Assembly: GCA_964016885.1 (NCBI GenBank)
Contig: OZ024759.1
Location: 620,001 to 684,000 of the forward strand
DNA: 64,000 nt
Direction: 5' to 3'
DNA from: Eledone cirrhosa
Taxonomy: Eukaryota
This document shows positions 44,601-59,600 of the stretch, piece by piece (the stretch's first letter is position 1; each line of letters starts with the position of its first letter). Under the pieces are notes generated by a model that saw nothing but the letters and a program-made list of their open reading frames with translations, had not been told where the DNA came from and ran no database searches. Both the position numbers and the translations under genes were made by a program.

Positions 44601-47600
44601 TATATTAGTAACATGACACAGTCTATATTAGTAACATGACACAGTCTATATTAGTAACATGACACAGTCTATATTAGTAACATGACAAAGTCTATATTAG
44701 TAACATGACACAGTTTATATTAGTAACATGACACAGTCTATATTAGTAACATGACATAGTCTATATTAGTAACATGACAAAGTCTATATTAGTAACATGA
44801 CAGTCTATATTGTAACATGACACAGTATATATTAGTAACATGACACAGTCTATATTAGTAACATGACAGTCTATATTAGTAACATGACAAAGTCTATATT
44901 AGTAACAAGACAAAGTCTATATTAGTAACATGACAAAGTCTATATTAGTAACATGACATAGTCTATATTAGTAGCATGACACAGTCTATATTAGTAACAT
45001 GACAGAGTCTATATTAGTAACATGACAGTCTATATTAGTAACATGACAAAGTCTATATTAGTAGCATGACAAAGTCTATATTAGTAACATGACACAGTCT
45101 ATATTAGTAACATGACAATCTATATTAGTAACATGACACAGTCTATATTAGTAACATGACAAAGTCTATATTAGTAACATGACAAAGTCTATATTAGTAA
45201 CATGACACAGTCTATATTAGTAACATGACACAGTCTATATTAATAACATGACAAAGTCTATATTAGTAACATGACACAGTCTATATTAGTAACATGACAT
45301 AGTCTATATTAGTAACGTGACACAGTCTATATTAGTAACATGACAAAGTCTATATTAGTAGCATGACAAAGTCTATATTAGTAACATGACAAAGTCTATA
45401 TTAGTAACATGACACAGTCTATATTAGTAACATGACAAAGTCTATATTAGTAACATGACAAAGTCTATATTAGTAACATGACAGTCTATATTAGTAACAT
45501 GACAAAGTCTCTATTAGTAACATGACAAAGTCTATATTAGTAACATGACAGTCTATATTAGTAACATAACAAAGTCTATATTAGTAACATGACAGTCTAT
45601 ATTGTAACATGACACAGTCTATATTAGTAACATGACACAGTCTATATTAGTAACATGACATAGTCTATATTAGTAACATGACAAAGTCTATATTAGTAAC
45701 AAGACAGTCTATATTGTAACACGACACAGTCTATATTAGTAATATGACACAGTCTATATTAGAAACATGACAGTCTATATTAGTAACATGACAAAGTCTA
45801 TATTAGTAACATGACAAAGTCTATATTAGTAACATGACAAAGTCTATATTAGTAGCATGACACAGTCTATATTAGTAACATGACACAGTCTATATTAGTA
45901 ACATGACAGTCTATATTAGTAACATGACAACGTCTATATTAGTAGCATGACAAAGTCTATATTAGTAACATGACACAGTCTATATTAGTAACATGACAGT
46001 CTATATTAGTAACATGACACAGTCTATATTAGTAACATGACAAAGTCTATATTAGTAGCATGACAAAGTCTATATTAGTAACATGACAGTCTATATTAGT
46101 AACATGACAAAGTCTATATTAGTAGCATGACAAAGTCTATATTAGTAGCATGACACAGTCTAAATTAGTAACATGACAGTCTATATTAGTAACATGACAC
46201 AGTCTATATTAGTAACATGACAAAGTCTATATTAGTAGCATGACAAAGTCTATATTAGTAACATGACAAAGTCAATATTAGTAACATGACACAGTCTATA
46301 TTAGTAACATGACAAAGTCTATATTAGTAACATGACAAAGTCTATATTAGTAACATGAAACAGTCTATATTAGTAACATGACAAAGTCTATATTAGTAAC
46401 ATGACACTGTCTATATTAGTAACTTGACAAAGTCTATATTAGTAACATGACACAGTCTATATTAGTAACATGACACTGTCTATATTAGTAACATGACAAA
46501 GTCTATATTAGTAACAAGACAGTCTATATTGTAACACGACACAGTCTATATTAGTAATATGACACAGTCTATATTAGAAACATGACAGTCTATATTAGTA
46601 ACATGACAAAGTCTATATTAGTAACATGACAAAGTCTATATTAGTAACATGACAAAGTCTATATTAGTAGCATGACACAGTCTATATTAGTAACATGACA
46701 CAGTCTATATTAGTAACATGACAGTCTATATTAGTAACATGACAACGTCTATATTAGTAGCATGACAAAGTCTATATTAGTAACATGACACAGTCTATAT
46801 TAGTAACATGACAGTCTATATTAGTAACATGACACAGTCTATATTAGTAACATGACAAAGTCTATATTAGTAGCATGACAAAGTCTATATTAGTAACATG
46901 ACAGTCTATATTAGTAACATGACAAAGTCTATATTAGTAGCATGACAAAGTCTATATTAGTAGCATGACACAGTCTAAATTAGTAACATGACACAGTCTA
47001 TATTAGTAACATGACACAGTCTATATTAGTAACATGACAAAGTCTATATTAGTAGCATGACAAAGTCTATATTAGTAACATGACAAAGTCAATATTAGTA
47101 ACATGACACAGTCTATATTAGTAACATGACAAAGTCTATATTAGTAACATGACAAAGTCTATATTAGTAACATGAAACAGTCTATATTAGTAACATGACA
47201 AAGTCTATATTAGTAACATGACACTGTCTATATTAGTAACTTGACAAAGTCTATATTAGTAACATGACACAGTCTATATTAGTAACATGACACAGTCTAT
47301 ATTAGTAACATGACAAAGTCTATATTAGTAGCATGACAAAGTCTATATTAGTAACATGACACAGTCTATATTAGTAACATGACAAAGACTATATTAGTAA
47401 CATGACAGTCTATATTAGTAACATGTCAAAGTCTATATTAGTAACATGACAGTCTATATTAGTAACATGACAGTCTATATTAGTAGCATGACAAAGTCTA
47501 TATTAGTAACATGACAAAGTCTATATTAGTAACATGACACAGTCTATATTAGTAACATGACACAGTCTATATTAGTAACATGACAGTCTATATTAGTAGC

Positions 47601-50600
47601 ATGACAAAGTCTATATTAATAACATGACACAGTCTATATTAGTAACATGACATAGTCTATATTAGTAACATGACATGGTCTATATTAGTAGCATGACAAA
47701 GTCTATATTAGTAACATGACAAAGTCTATATTAGTCACATGACACAGTCTATATTAGTAACATGACAAAGTCTATATTAGTAACATGACACAGTCTATAT
47801 TAGTAGCATGACAAAGTCTATATTAGTAACATGACACAGTCTATATTAGTAACATGACACAGTCTATATTAGTAACATGACAAAGTCTATATTAGTAACA
47901 TGACACAGTCTATATTACTAACATGACAAAGTCTATATTAGTAACATGACACAGTCTATATTAGTAACATGACAAAGTCTATATTAGTAACATGACACAG
48001 TCTATATTAGTAACATGACTCAGTCTATATTAGTAACATGACGCAGTCTATATTAGTAACATGACAAAGTCTATATTAGTAACATGACAAAGTCTATATT
48101 AGTAACATGACAGTCTATATTGTAACATGACACAGTCTATATTAGTAACATGACACAGTCTATATTAGTAACATGACATAGTCTATATTAGTAACATGAC
48201 AAAGTCTATATTAGTAACATGACAGTCTATATTGTAACATGTCACAGTCTATATTAGTAACATGACACAGTCTATATTAGTAACATGACAAAGTCATATT
48301 AGTAACATGACACAGTCTATATTAGTAACATGACAAAGGCTATATTAGTAACATGACACAGTCTATATTGGTAACATGACACAGTCTATATTAGTAACAT
48401 GACAAAGTCTATATTAGTAACATGACAAAGTCTATATTAGTAATATGACACAGTCTATATTAGTAACATGACACAGTCTATATTAGTAACATGACATAGT
48501 CTATATTAGTAACATGACAAAGTCTATATTAGTAACATGACAGTCTATATTGTAACATGACACAGTCTATATTAGTAACATGACACAGTCTATATTAGTA
48601 ACATGACAGTCTATATTAGTAACATGACAAAGTCTATATTAGTAACATGACAAAGTCTATATTAGTAACATGACAAAGTCTATATTAGTAACATGACAAA
48701 GTCTATATTAGTAACTTGACACAGTCTATATTAGTAACATGACATAGTCTATATTAGTAACATGACAAAGTCTATATTAGTAGCATGACACAGTCTATAT
48801 TAGTAACATGACACAGTCTATATTAGTAACATGACTGTCTATATTAGTAACATGACAAAGTCTATATTAGTAGCATGACAAAGTCTATATTAGTAACATG
48901 ACACAGTCTATATTAGTAACATGACAAAGTCTATATTAGTAGCATGACAAAGTCTATATTAGTAACATGACAAAGTCTATATTAGTAACATGACACAGTC
49001 TATATTAGTAAAATGACAAAGACTATATTAGTAACATGACACAGTCTATATTAGTAACATGACAAAGTCTATATTAGTAACATGACAGTCTATATTAGTA
49101 ACATGACAGTCTATATTAGTAGCATGACAAAGTCTATATTAGTAACATGACAAAGTCATATTAGTAACATGACACAGTCTATATTAGTAACATGACAAAG
49201 TCTATATTAGTAACATGACACAGTCTATATTAGTAACATGACACAGTCTATATTAGTAACATGACACAGTCTATATTAGTAACATGACAAAGTCTATATT
49301 AGTAACATGACACAGTTTATATTAGTAACATGACACAGTCTATATTAGTAACATGACATAGTCTATATTAGTAACATGACAAAGTCTATATTAGTAACAT
49401 GACAGTCTATATTGTAACATGACACAGTATATATTAGTAACATGACACAGTCTATATTAGTAACATGACAGTCTATATTAGTAACATGACAAAGTCTATA
49501 TTAGTAACAAGACAAAGTCTATATTAGTAACATGACAAAGTCTATATTAGTAACATGACATAGTCTATATTAGTAGCATGACACAGTCTATATTAGTAAC
49601 ATGACAGAGTCTATATTAGTAACATGACAGTCTATATTAGTAACATGACACAGTCTATATTAGTAACATGACACAGTCTATATTAGTAACATGACAAAGT
49701 CTATATTAGTAGCATGACAATGTCTATATTAGTAACATGACAAAGTCTATATTAGTAACATGACACAGTCTATATTAGTAAAATGACAAAGACTATATTA
49801 GTAACATGACACAGTCTATATTAGTAACATGACAAAGTCTATATTAGTAACATGACAGTCTATATTAGTAACATGACAGTCTATATTAGTAGCATGACAA
49901 AGTCTATATTAGTAACATGACAAAGTCATATTAGTAACATGACACAGTCTATATTAGTAACATGACAAAGTCTATATTAGTAACATGACACAGTCTATAT
50001 TAGTAACATGACACAGTCTATATTAGTAACATGACACAGTCTATATTAGTAACATGACAAAGTCTATATTAGTAACATGACACAGTTTATATTAGTAACA
50101 TGACACAGTCTATATTAGTAACATGACATAGTCTATATTAGTAACATGACAAAGTCTATATTAGTAACATGACAGTCTATATTGTAACATGACACAGTAT
50201 ATATTAGTAACATGACACAGTCTATATTAGTAACATGACAGTCTATATTAGTAACATGACAAAGTCTATATTAGTAACAAGACAAAGTCTATATTAGTAA
50301 CATGACAAAGTCTATATTAGTAACATGACATAGTCTATATTAGTAGCATGACACAGTCTATATTAGTAACATGACAGAGTCTATATTAGTAACATGACAG
50401 TCTATATTAGTAACATGACAAAGTCTATATTAGTAGCATGACAAAGTCTATATTAGTAACATGACACAGTCTATATTAGTAACATGACAATCTATATTAG
50501 TAACATGACACAGTCTATATTAGTAACATGACAAAGTCTATATTAGTAACATGACAAAGTCTATATTAGTAACATGACACAGTCTATATTAGTAACATGA

Positions 50601-53600
50601 CACAGTCTATATTAATAACATGACAAAGTCTATATTAGTAACATGACACAGTCTATATTAGTAACATGACATAGTCTATATTAGTAACGTGACACAGTCT
50701 ATATTAGTAACATGACAAAGTCTATATTAGTAGCATGACAAAGTCTATATTAGTAACATGACAAAGTCTATATTAGTAACATGACACAGTCTATATTAGT
50801 AACATGACAAAGTCTATATTAGTAACATGACAAAGTCTATATTAGTAACATGACAGTCTATATTAGTAACATGACAAAGTCTCTATTAGTAACATGACAA
50901 AGTCTATATTAGTAACATGACAGTCTATATTAGTAACATAACAAAGTCTATATTAGTAACATGACAGTCTATATTGTAACATGACACAGTCTATATTAGT
51001 AACATGACACAGTCTATATTAGTAACATGACATAGTCTATATTAGTAACATGACAAAGTCTATATTAGTAACAAGACAGTCTATATTGTAACACGACACA
51101 GTCTATATTAGTAATATGACACAGTCTATATTAGAAACATGACAGTCTATATTAGTAACATGACAAAGTCTATATTAGTAACATGACAAAGTCTATATTA
51201 GTAACATGACAAAGTCTATATTAGTAGCATGACACAGTCTATATTAGTAACATGACACAGTCTATATTAGTAACATGACAGTCTATATTAGTAACATGAC
51301 AACGTCTATATTAGTAGCATGACAAAGTCTATATTAGTAACATGACACAGTCTATATTAGTAACATGACAGTCTATATTAGTAACATGACACAGTCTATA
51401 TTAGTAACATGACAAAGTCTATATTAGTAGCATGACAAAGTCTATATTAGTAACATGACAGTCTATATTAGTAACATGACAAAGTCTATATTAGTAGCAT
51501 GACAAAGTCTATATTAGTAGCATGACACAGTCTAAATTAGTAACATGACAGTCTATATTAGTAACATGACACAGTCTATATTAGTAACATGACAAAGTCT
51601 ATATTAGTAGCATGACAAAGTCTATATTAGTAACATGACAAAGTCAATATTAGTAACATGACACAGTCTATATTAGTAACATGACAAAGTCTATATTAGT
51701 AACATGACAAAGTCTATATTAGTAACATGAAACAGTCTATATTAGTAACATGACAAAGTCTATATTAGTAACATGACACTGTCTATATTAGTAACTTGAC
51801 AAAGTCTATATTAGTAACATGACACAGTCTATATTAGTAACATGACACTGTCTATATTAGTAACATGACAAAGTCTATATTAGTAACAAGACAGTCTATA
51901 TTGTAACACGACACAGTCTATATTAGTAATATGACACAGTCTATATTAGAAACATGACAGTCTATATTAGTAACATGACAAAGTCTATATTAGTAACATG
52001 ACAAAGTCTATATGAGTAACATGACAAAGTCTATATTAGTAGCATGACACAGTCTATATTAGTAACATGACACAGTCTATATTAGTAACATGACAGTCTA
52101 TATTAGTAACATGACAACGTCTATATTAGTAGCATGACAAAGTCTATATTAGTAACATGACACAGTCTATATTAGTAACATGACAGTCTATATTAGTAAC
52201 ATGACACAGTCTATATTAGTAACATGACAAAGTCTATATTAGTAGCATGACAAAGTCTATATTAGTAACATGACAGTCTATATTAGTAACATGACAAAGT
52301 CTATATTAGTAGCATGACAAAGTCTATATTAGTAGCATGACACAGTCTAAATTAGTAACATGACACAGTCTATATTAGTAACATGACACAGTCTATATTA
52401 GTAACATGACAAAGTCTATATTAGTAGCATGACAAAGTCTATATTAGTAACATGACAAAGTCAATATTAGTAACATGACACAGTCTATATTAGTAACATG
52501 ACAAAGTCTATATTAGTAACATGACAAAGTCTATATTAGTAACATGAAACAGTCTATATTAGTAACATGACAAAGTCTATATTAGTAACATGACACTGTC
52601 TATATTAGTAACTTGACAAAGTCTATATTAGTAACATGACACAGTCTATATTAGTAACATGACACAGTCTATATTAGTAACATGACAAAGTCTATATTAG
52701 TAGCATGACAAAGTCTATATTAGTAACATGACACAGTCTATATTAGTAACATGACAAAGACTATATTAGTAACATGACAGTCTATATTAGTAACATGTCA
52801 AAGTCTATATTAGTAACATGACAGTCTATATTAGTAACATGACAGTCTATATTAGTAGCATGACAAAGTCTATATTAGTAACATGACAAAGTCTATATTA
52901 GTAACATGACACAGTCTATATTAGTAACATGACACAGTCTATATTAGTAACATGACAGTCTATATTAGTAGCATGACAAAGTCTATATTAATAACATGAC
53001 ACAGTCTATATTAGTAACATGACATAGTCTATATTAGTAACATGACATGGTCTATATTAGTAGCATGACAAAGTCTATATTAGTAACATGACAAAGTCTA
53101 TATTAGTCACATGACACAGTCTATATTAGTAACATGACAAAGTCTATATTAGTAACATGACACAGTCTATATTAGTAGCATGACAAAGTCTATATTAGTA
53201 ACATGACACAGTCTATATTAGTAACATGACACAGTCTATATTAGTAACATGACAACGTCTATATTAGTAACATGACACAGTCTATATTACTAACATGACA
53301 AAGTCTATATTAGTAACATGACACAGTCTATATTAGTAACATGACAAAGTCTATATTAGTAACATGACACAGTCTATATTAGTAACATGACTCAGTCTAT
53401 ATTAGTAACATGACGCAGTCTATATTAGTAACATGACAAAGTCTATATTAGTAACATGACAAAGTCTATATTAGTAACATGACAGTCTATATTGTAACAT
53501 GACACAGTCTATATTAGTAACATGACACAGTCTATATTAGTAACATGACATAGTCTATATTAGTAACATGACAAAGTCTATATTAGTAACATGACAGTCT

Positions 53601-56600
53601 ATATTGTAACATGTCACAGTCTATATTAGTAACATGACACAGTCTATATTAGTAACATGACAAAGTCATATTAGTAACATGACACAGTCTATATTAGTAA
53701 CATGACAAAGGCTATATTAGTAACATGACACAGTCTATATTGGTAACATGACACAGTCTATATTAGTAACATGACAAAGTCTATATTAGTAACATGACAA
53801 AGTCTATATTAGTAATATGACACAGTCTATATTAGTAACATGACACAGTCTATATTAGTAACATGACATAGTCTATATTAGTAACATGACAAAGTCTATA
53901 TTAGTAACATGACAGTCTATATTGTAACATGACACAGTCTATATTAGTAACATGACACAGTCTATATTAGTAACATGACAGTCTATATTAGTAACATGAC
54001 AAAGTCTATATTAGTAACATGACATAGTCTATATTAGTAACATGACAAAGTCTATATTAGTAGCATGACACAGTCTATATTAGTAACATGACACAGTCTA
54101 TATTAGTAACATGACTGTCTATATTAGTAACATGACAAAGTCTATATTAGTAGCATGACAAAGTCTATATTAGTAACATGACAAAGTCTATATTAGTAAC
54201 ATGACACAGTCTATATTAGTAACATGACAAAGTCTATATTAGTAACATGACAAAGTCTATATTAGTAACATGAAACAGTCTATATTAGAAACATGACAAA
54301 GTCTATATTAGTAACATGACACTGTCTATATTAGTAACTTGACAAAGTCTATATTAGTAACATGACACAGTCTATATTAGTAACATGACACAGTCTATAT
54401 TAGTAACATGACAAAGTCTATATTAGTAGCATGACAAAGTCTATATTAGTAACATGACAAAGTCTATATTTGTAACATGACACAGTCTATATTAGTAAAA
54501 TGACAAAGACTATATTAGTAACATGACACAGTCTATATTAGTAACATGACAAAGTCTATATTAGTAACATGACAGTCTATATTAGTAACATGACAGTCTA
54601 TATTAGTAGCATGACAAAGTCTATATTAGTAACATGACAAAGTCATATTAGTAACATGACACAGTCTATATTAGTAACATGACAAAGTCTATATTAGTAA
54701 CATGACACAGTCTATATTAGTAACATGACACAGTCTATATTAGTAACATGACACAGTCTATATTAGTAACATGACAAAGTCTATATTAGTAACATGACAC
54801 AGTTTATATTAGTAACATGACACAGTCTATATTAGTAACATGATATAGTCTATATTAGTAACATGACAAAGTCTATATTAGTAACATGACAGTCTATATT
54901 GTAACATGACACAGTCTATATTAGTAACATGACACAGTCTATATTAGTAACATGACAGTCTATATTAGTAACATGACAAAGTCTATATTAGTAACAAGAC
55001 AAAGTCTATATTAGTAACATGACAAAGTCTATATTAGTAACATGACATAGTCTATATTAGTAGCATGACACAGTCTATATTAGTAACATGACAGAGTCTA
55101 TATTAGTAACATGACAGTCTATATTAGTAACATGACAAAGTCTATATTAGTAGCATGACAAAGTCTATATTAGTAACATGACACAGTCTATATTAGTAAC
55201 ATGACAATCTATATTAGTAACATGACACAGTCTATATTAGTAACATGACAAAGTCTATATTAGTAACATGACAAAGTCTATATTAGTAACATGACACAGT
55301 CTATATTAGTAACATGACACAGTCTATATTAATAACATGACAAAGTCTATATTAGTAACATGACACAGTCTATATTAGTAACATGACATAGTCTATATTA
55401 GTAACGTGACACAGTCTATATTAGTAACATGACAAAGTCTATATTAGTAGCATGACAAAGTCTATATTAGTAACATGACAAAGTCTATATTAGTAACATG
55501 ACACAGTCTATATTAGTAACATGACAAAGTCTATATTAGTAACATGACAAAGTCTATATTAGTAACATGACAGTCTATATTAGTAACATGACAAAGTCTC
55601 TATTAGTAACATGACAAAGTCTATATTAGTAACATGACAGTCTATATTAGTAACATAACAAAGTCTATATTAGTAACATGACAGTCTATATTGTAACATG
55701 ACACAGTCTATATTAGTAACATGACACAGTCTATATTAGTAACATGACATAGTCTATATTAGTAACATGACAAAGTCTATATTAGTAACAAGACAGTCTA
55801 TATTGTAACACGACACAGTCTATATTAGTAATATGACACAGTCTATATTAGAAACATGACAGTCTATATTAGTAACATGACAAAGTCTATATTAGTAACA
55901 TGACAAAGTCTATATTAGTAGCATGACACAGTCTATATTAGTAACATGACACAGTCTATATTAGTAACATGACAGTCTATATTAGTAACATGACAACGTC
56001 TATATTAGTAGCATGACAAAGTCTATATTAGTAACATGACACAGTCTATATTAGTAACATGACAGTCTATATTAGTAACATGACACAGTCTATATTAGTA
56101 ACATGACAAAGTCTATATTAGTAGCATGACAAAGTCTATATTAGTAACATGACAGTCTATATTAGTAACATGACAAAGTCTATATTAGTAGCATGACAAA
56201 GTCTATATTAGTAGCATGACACAGTCTAAATTAGTAACATGACACAGTCTATATTAGTAACATGACACAGTCTATATTAGTAACATGACAAAGTCTATAT
56301 TAGTAGCATGACAAAGTCTATATTAGTAACATGACAAAGTCAATATTAGTAACATGACACAGTCTATATTAGTAACATGACAAAGTCTATATTAGTAACA
56401 TGACAAAGTCTATATTAGTAACATGAAACAGTCTATATTAGTAACATGACAAAGTCTATATTAGTAACATGACACTGTCTATATTAGTAACTTGACAAAG
56501 TCTATATTAGTAACATGACACAGTCTATATTAGTAACATGACACAGTCTATATTAGTAACATGACAAAGTCTATATTAGTAGCATGACAAAGTCTATATT

Positions 56601-59600
56601 AGTAACATGACACAGTCTATATTAGTAACATGACAAAGACTATATTAGTAACATGACAGTCTATATTAGTAACATGTCAAAGTCTATATTAGTAACATGA
56701 CAGTCTATATTAGTAACATGACAGTCTATATTAGTAGCATGACAAAGTCTATATTAGTAACATGACAAAGTCTATATTAGTAACATGACACAGTCTATAT
56801 TAGTAACATGACACAGTCTATATTAGTAACATGACAGTCTATATTAGTAGCATGACAAAGTCTATATTAATAACATGACACAGTCTATATTAGTAACATG
56901 ACATAGTCTATATTAGTAACATGACATGGTCTATATTAGTAGCATGACAAAGTCTATATTAGTAACATGACAAAGTCTATATTAGTCACATGACACAGTC
57001 TATATTAGTAACATGACAAAGTCTATATTAGTAACATGACACAGTCTATATTAGTAGCATGACAAAGTCTATATTAGTAACATGACACAGTCTATATTAG
57101 TAACATGACACAGTCTATATTAGTAACATGACAAAGTCTATATTAGTAACATGACACAGTCTATATTACTAACATGACAAAGTCTATATTAGTAACATGA
57201 CACAGTCTATATTAGTAACATGACAAAGTCTATATTAGTAACATGACACAGTCTATATTAGTAACATGACTCAGTCTATATTAGTAACATGACGCAGTCT
57301 ATATTAGTAACATGACAAAGTCTATATTAGTAACATGACAAAGTCTATATTAGTAACATGACAGTCTATATTGTAACATGACACAGTCTATATTAGTAAC
57401 ATGACACAGTCTATATTAGTAACATGACATAGTCTATATTAGTAACATGACAAAGTCTATATTAGTAACATGACAGTCTATATTGTAACATGTCACAGTC
57501 TATATTAGTAACATGACACAGTCTATATTAGTAACATGACAAAGTCATATTAGTAACATGACACAGTCTATATTAGTAACATGACAAAGGCTATATTAGT
57601 AACATGACACAGTCTATATTGGTAACATGACACAGTCTATATTAGTAACATGACAAAGTCTATATTAGTAACATGACAAAGTCTATATTAGTAATATGAC
57701 ACAGTCTATATTAGTAACATGACACAGTCTATATTAGTAACATGACATAGTCTATATTAGTAACATGACAAAGTCTATATTAGTAACATGACAGTCTATA
57801 TTGTAACATGACACAGTCTATATTAGTAACATGACACAGTCTATATTAGTAACATGACAGTCTATATTAGTAACATGACAAAGTCTATATTAGTAACATG
57901 ACAAAGTCTATATTAGTAACATGACAAAGTCTATATTAGTAACATGACAAAGTCTATATTAGTAACTTGACACAGTCTATATTAGTAACATGACATAGTC
58001 TATATTAGTAACATGACAAAGTCTATATTAGTAGCATGACACAGTCTATATTAGTAACATGACACAGTCTATATTAGTAACATGACTGTCTATATTAGTA
58101 ACATGACAAAGTCTATATTAGTAGCATGACAAAGTCTATATTAGTAACATGACAAAGTCTATATTAGTAACATGACACAGTCTATATTAGTAACATGACA
58201 AAGTCTATATTAGTAACATGACAAAGTCTATATTAGTAACATGAAACAGTCTATATTAGTAACATGACAAAGTCTATATTAGTAACATGACACTGTCTAT
58301 ATTAGTAACTTGACAAAGTCTATATTAGTAACATGACACAGTCTATATTAGTAACATGACACAGTCTATATTAGTAACATGACAAAGTCTATATTAGTAG
58401 CATGACAAAGTCTATATTAGTAACATGACAAAGTCTATATTAGTAACATGACACAGTCTATATTAGTAAAATGACAAAGACTATATTAGTAACATGACAC
58501 AGTCTATATTAGTAACATGACAAAGTCTATATTAGTAACATGACAGTCTATATTAGTAACATGACAGTCTATATTAGTAGCATGACAAAGTCTATATTAG
58601 TAACATGACAAAGTCATATTAGTAACATGACACAGTCTATATTAGTAACATGACAAAGTCTATATTAGTAACATGACACAGTCTATATTAGTAACATGAC
58701 ACAGTCTATATTAGTAACATGACACAGTCTATATTAGTAACATGACAAAGTCTATATTAGTAACATGACACAGTTTATATTAGTAACATGACACAGTCTA
58801 TATTAGTAACATGATATAGTCTATATTAGTAACATGACAAAGTCTATATTAGTAACATGACAGTCTATATTGTAACATGACACAGTCTATATTAGTAACA
58901 TGACACAGTCTATATTAGTAACATGACAGTCTATATTAGTAACATGACAAAGTCTATATTAGTAACAAGACAAAGTCTATATTAGTAACATGACAAAGTC
59001 TATATTAGTAACATGACATAGTCTATATTAGTAGCATGACACAGTCTATATTAGTAACATGACAGAGTCTATATTAGTAACATGACAGTCTATATTAGTA
59101 ACATGACAAAGTCTATATTAGTAGCATGACAAAGTCTATATTAGTAACATGACACAGTCTATATTAGTAACATGACAATCTATATTAGTAACATGACACA
59201 GTCTATATTAGTAACATGACAAAGTCTATATTAGTAACATGACAAAGTCTATATTAGTAACATGACACAGTCTATATTAGTAACATGACACAGTCTATAT
59301 TAATAACATGACAAAGTCTATATTAGTAACATGACACAGTCTATATTAGTAACATGACATAGTCTATATTAGTAACGTGACACAGTCTATATTAGTAACA
59401 TGACAAAGTCTATATTAGTAGCATGACAAAGTCTATATTAGTAACATGACAAAGTCTATATTAGTAACATGACACAGTCTATATTAGTAACATGACAAAG
59501 TCTATATTAGTAACATGACAAAGTCTATATTAGTAACATGACAGTCTATATTAGTAACATGACAAAGTCTCTATTAGTAACATGACAAAGTCTATATTAG

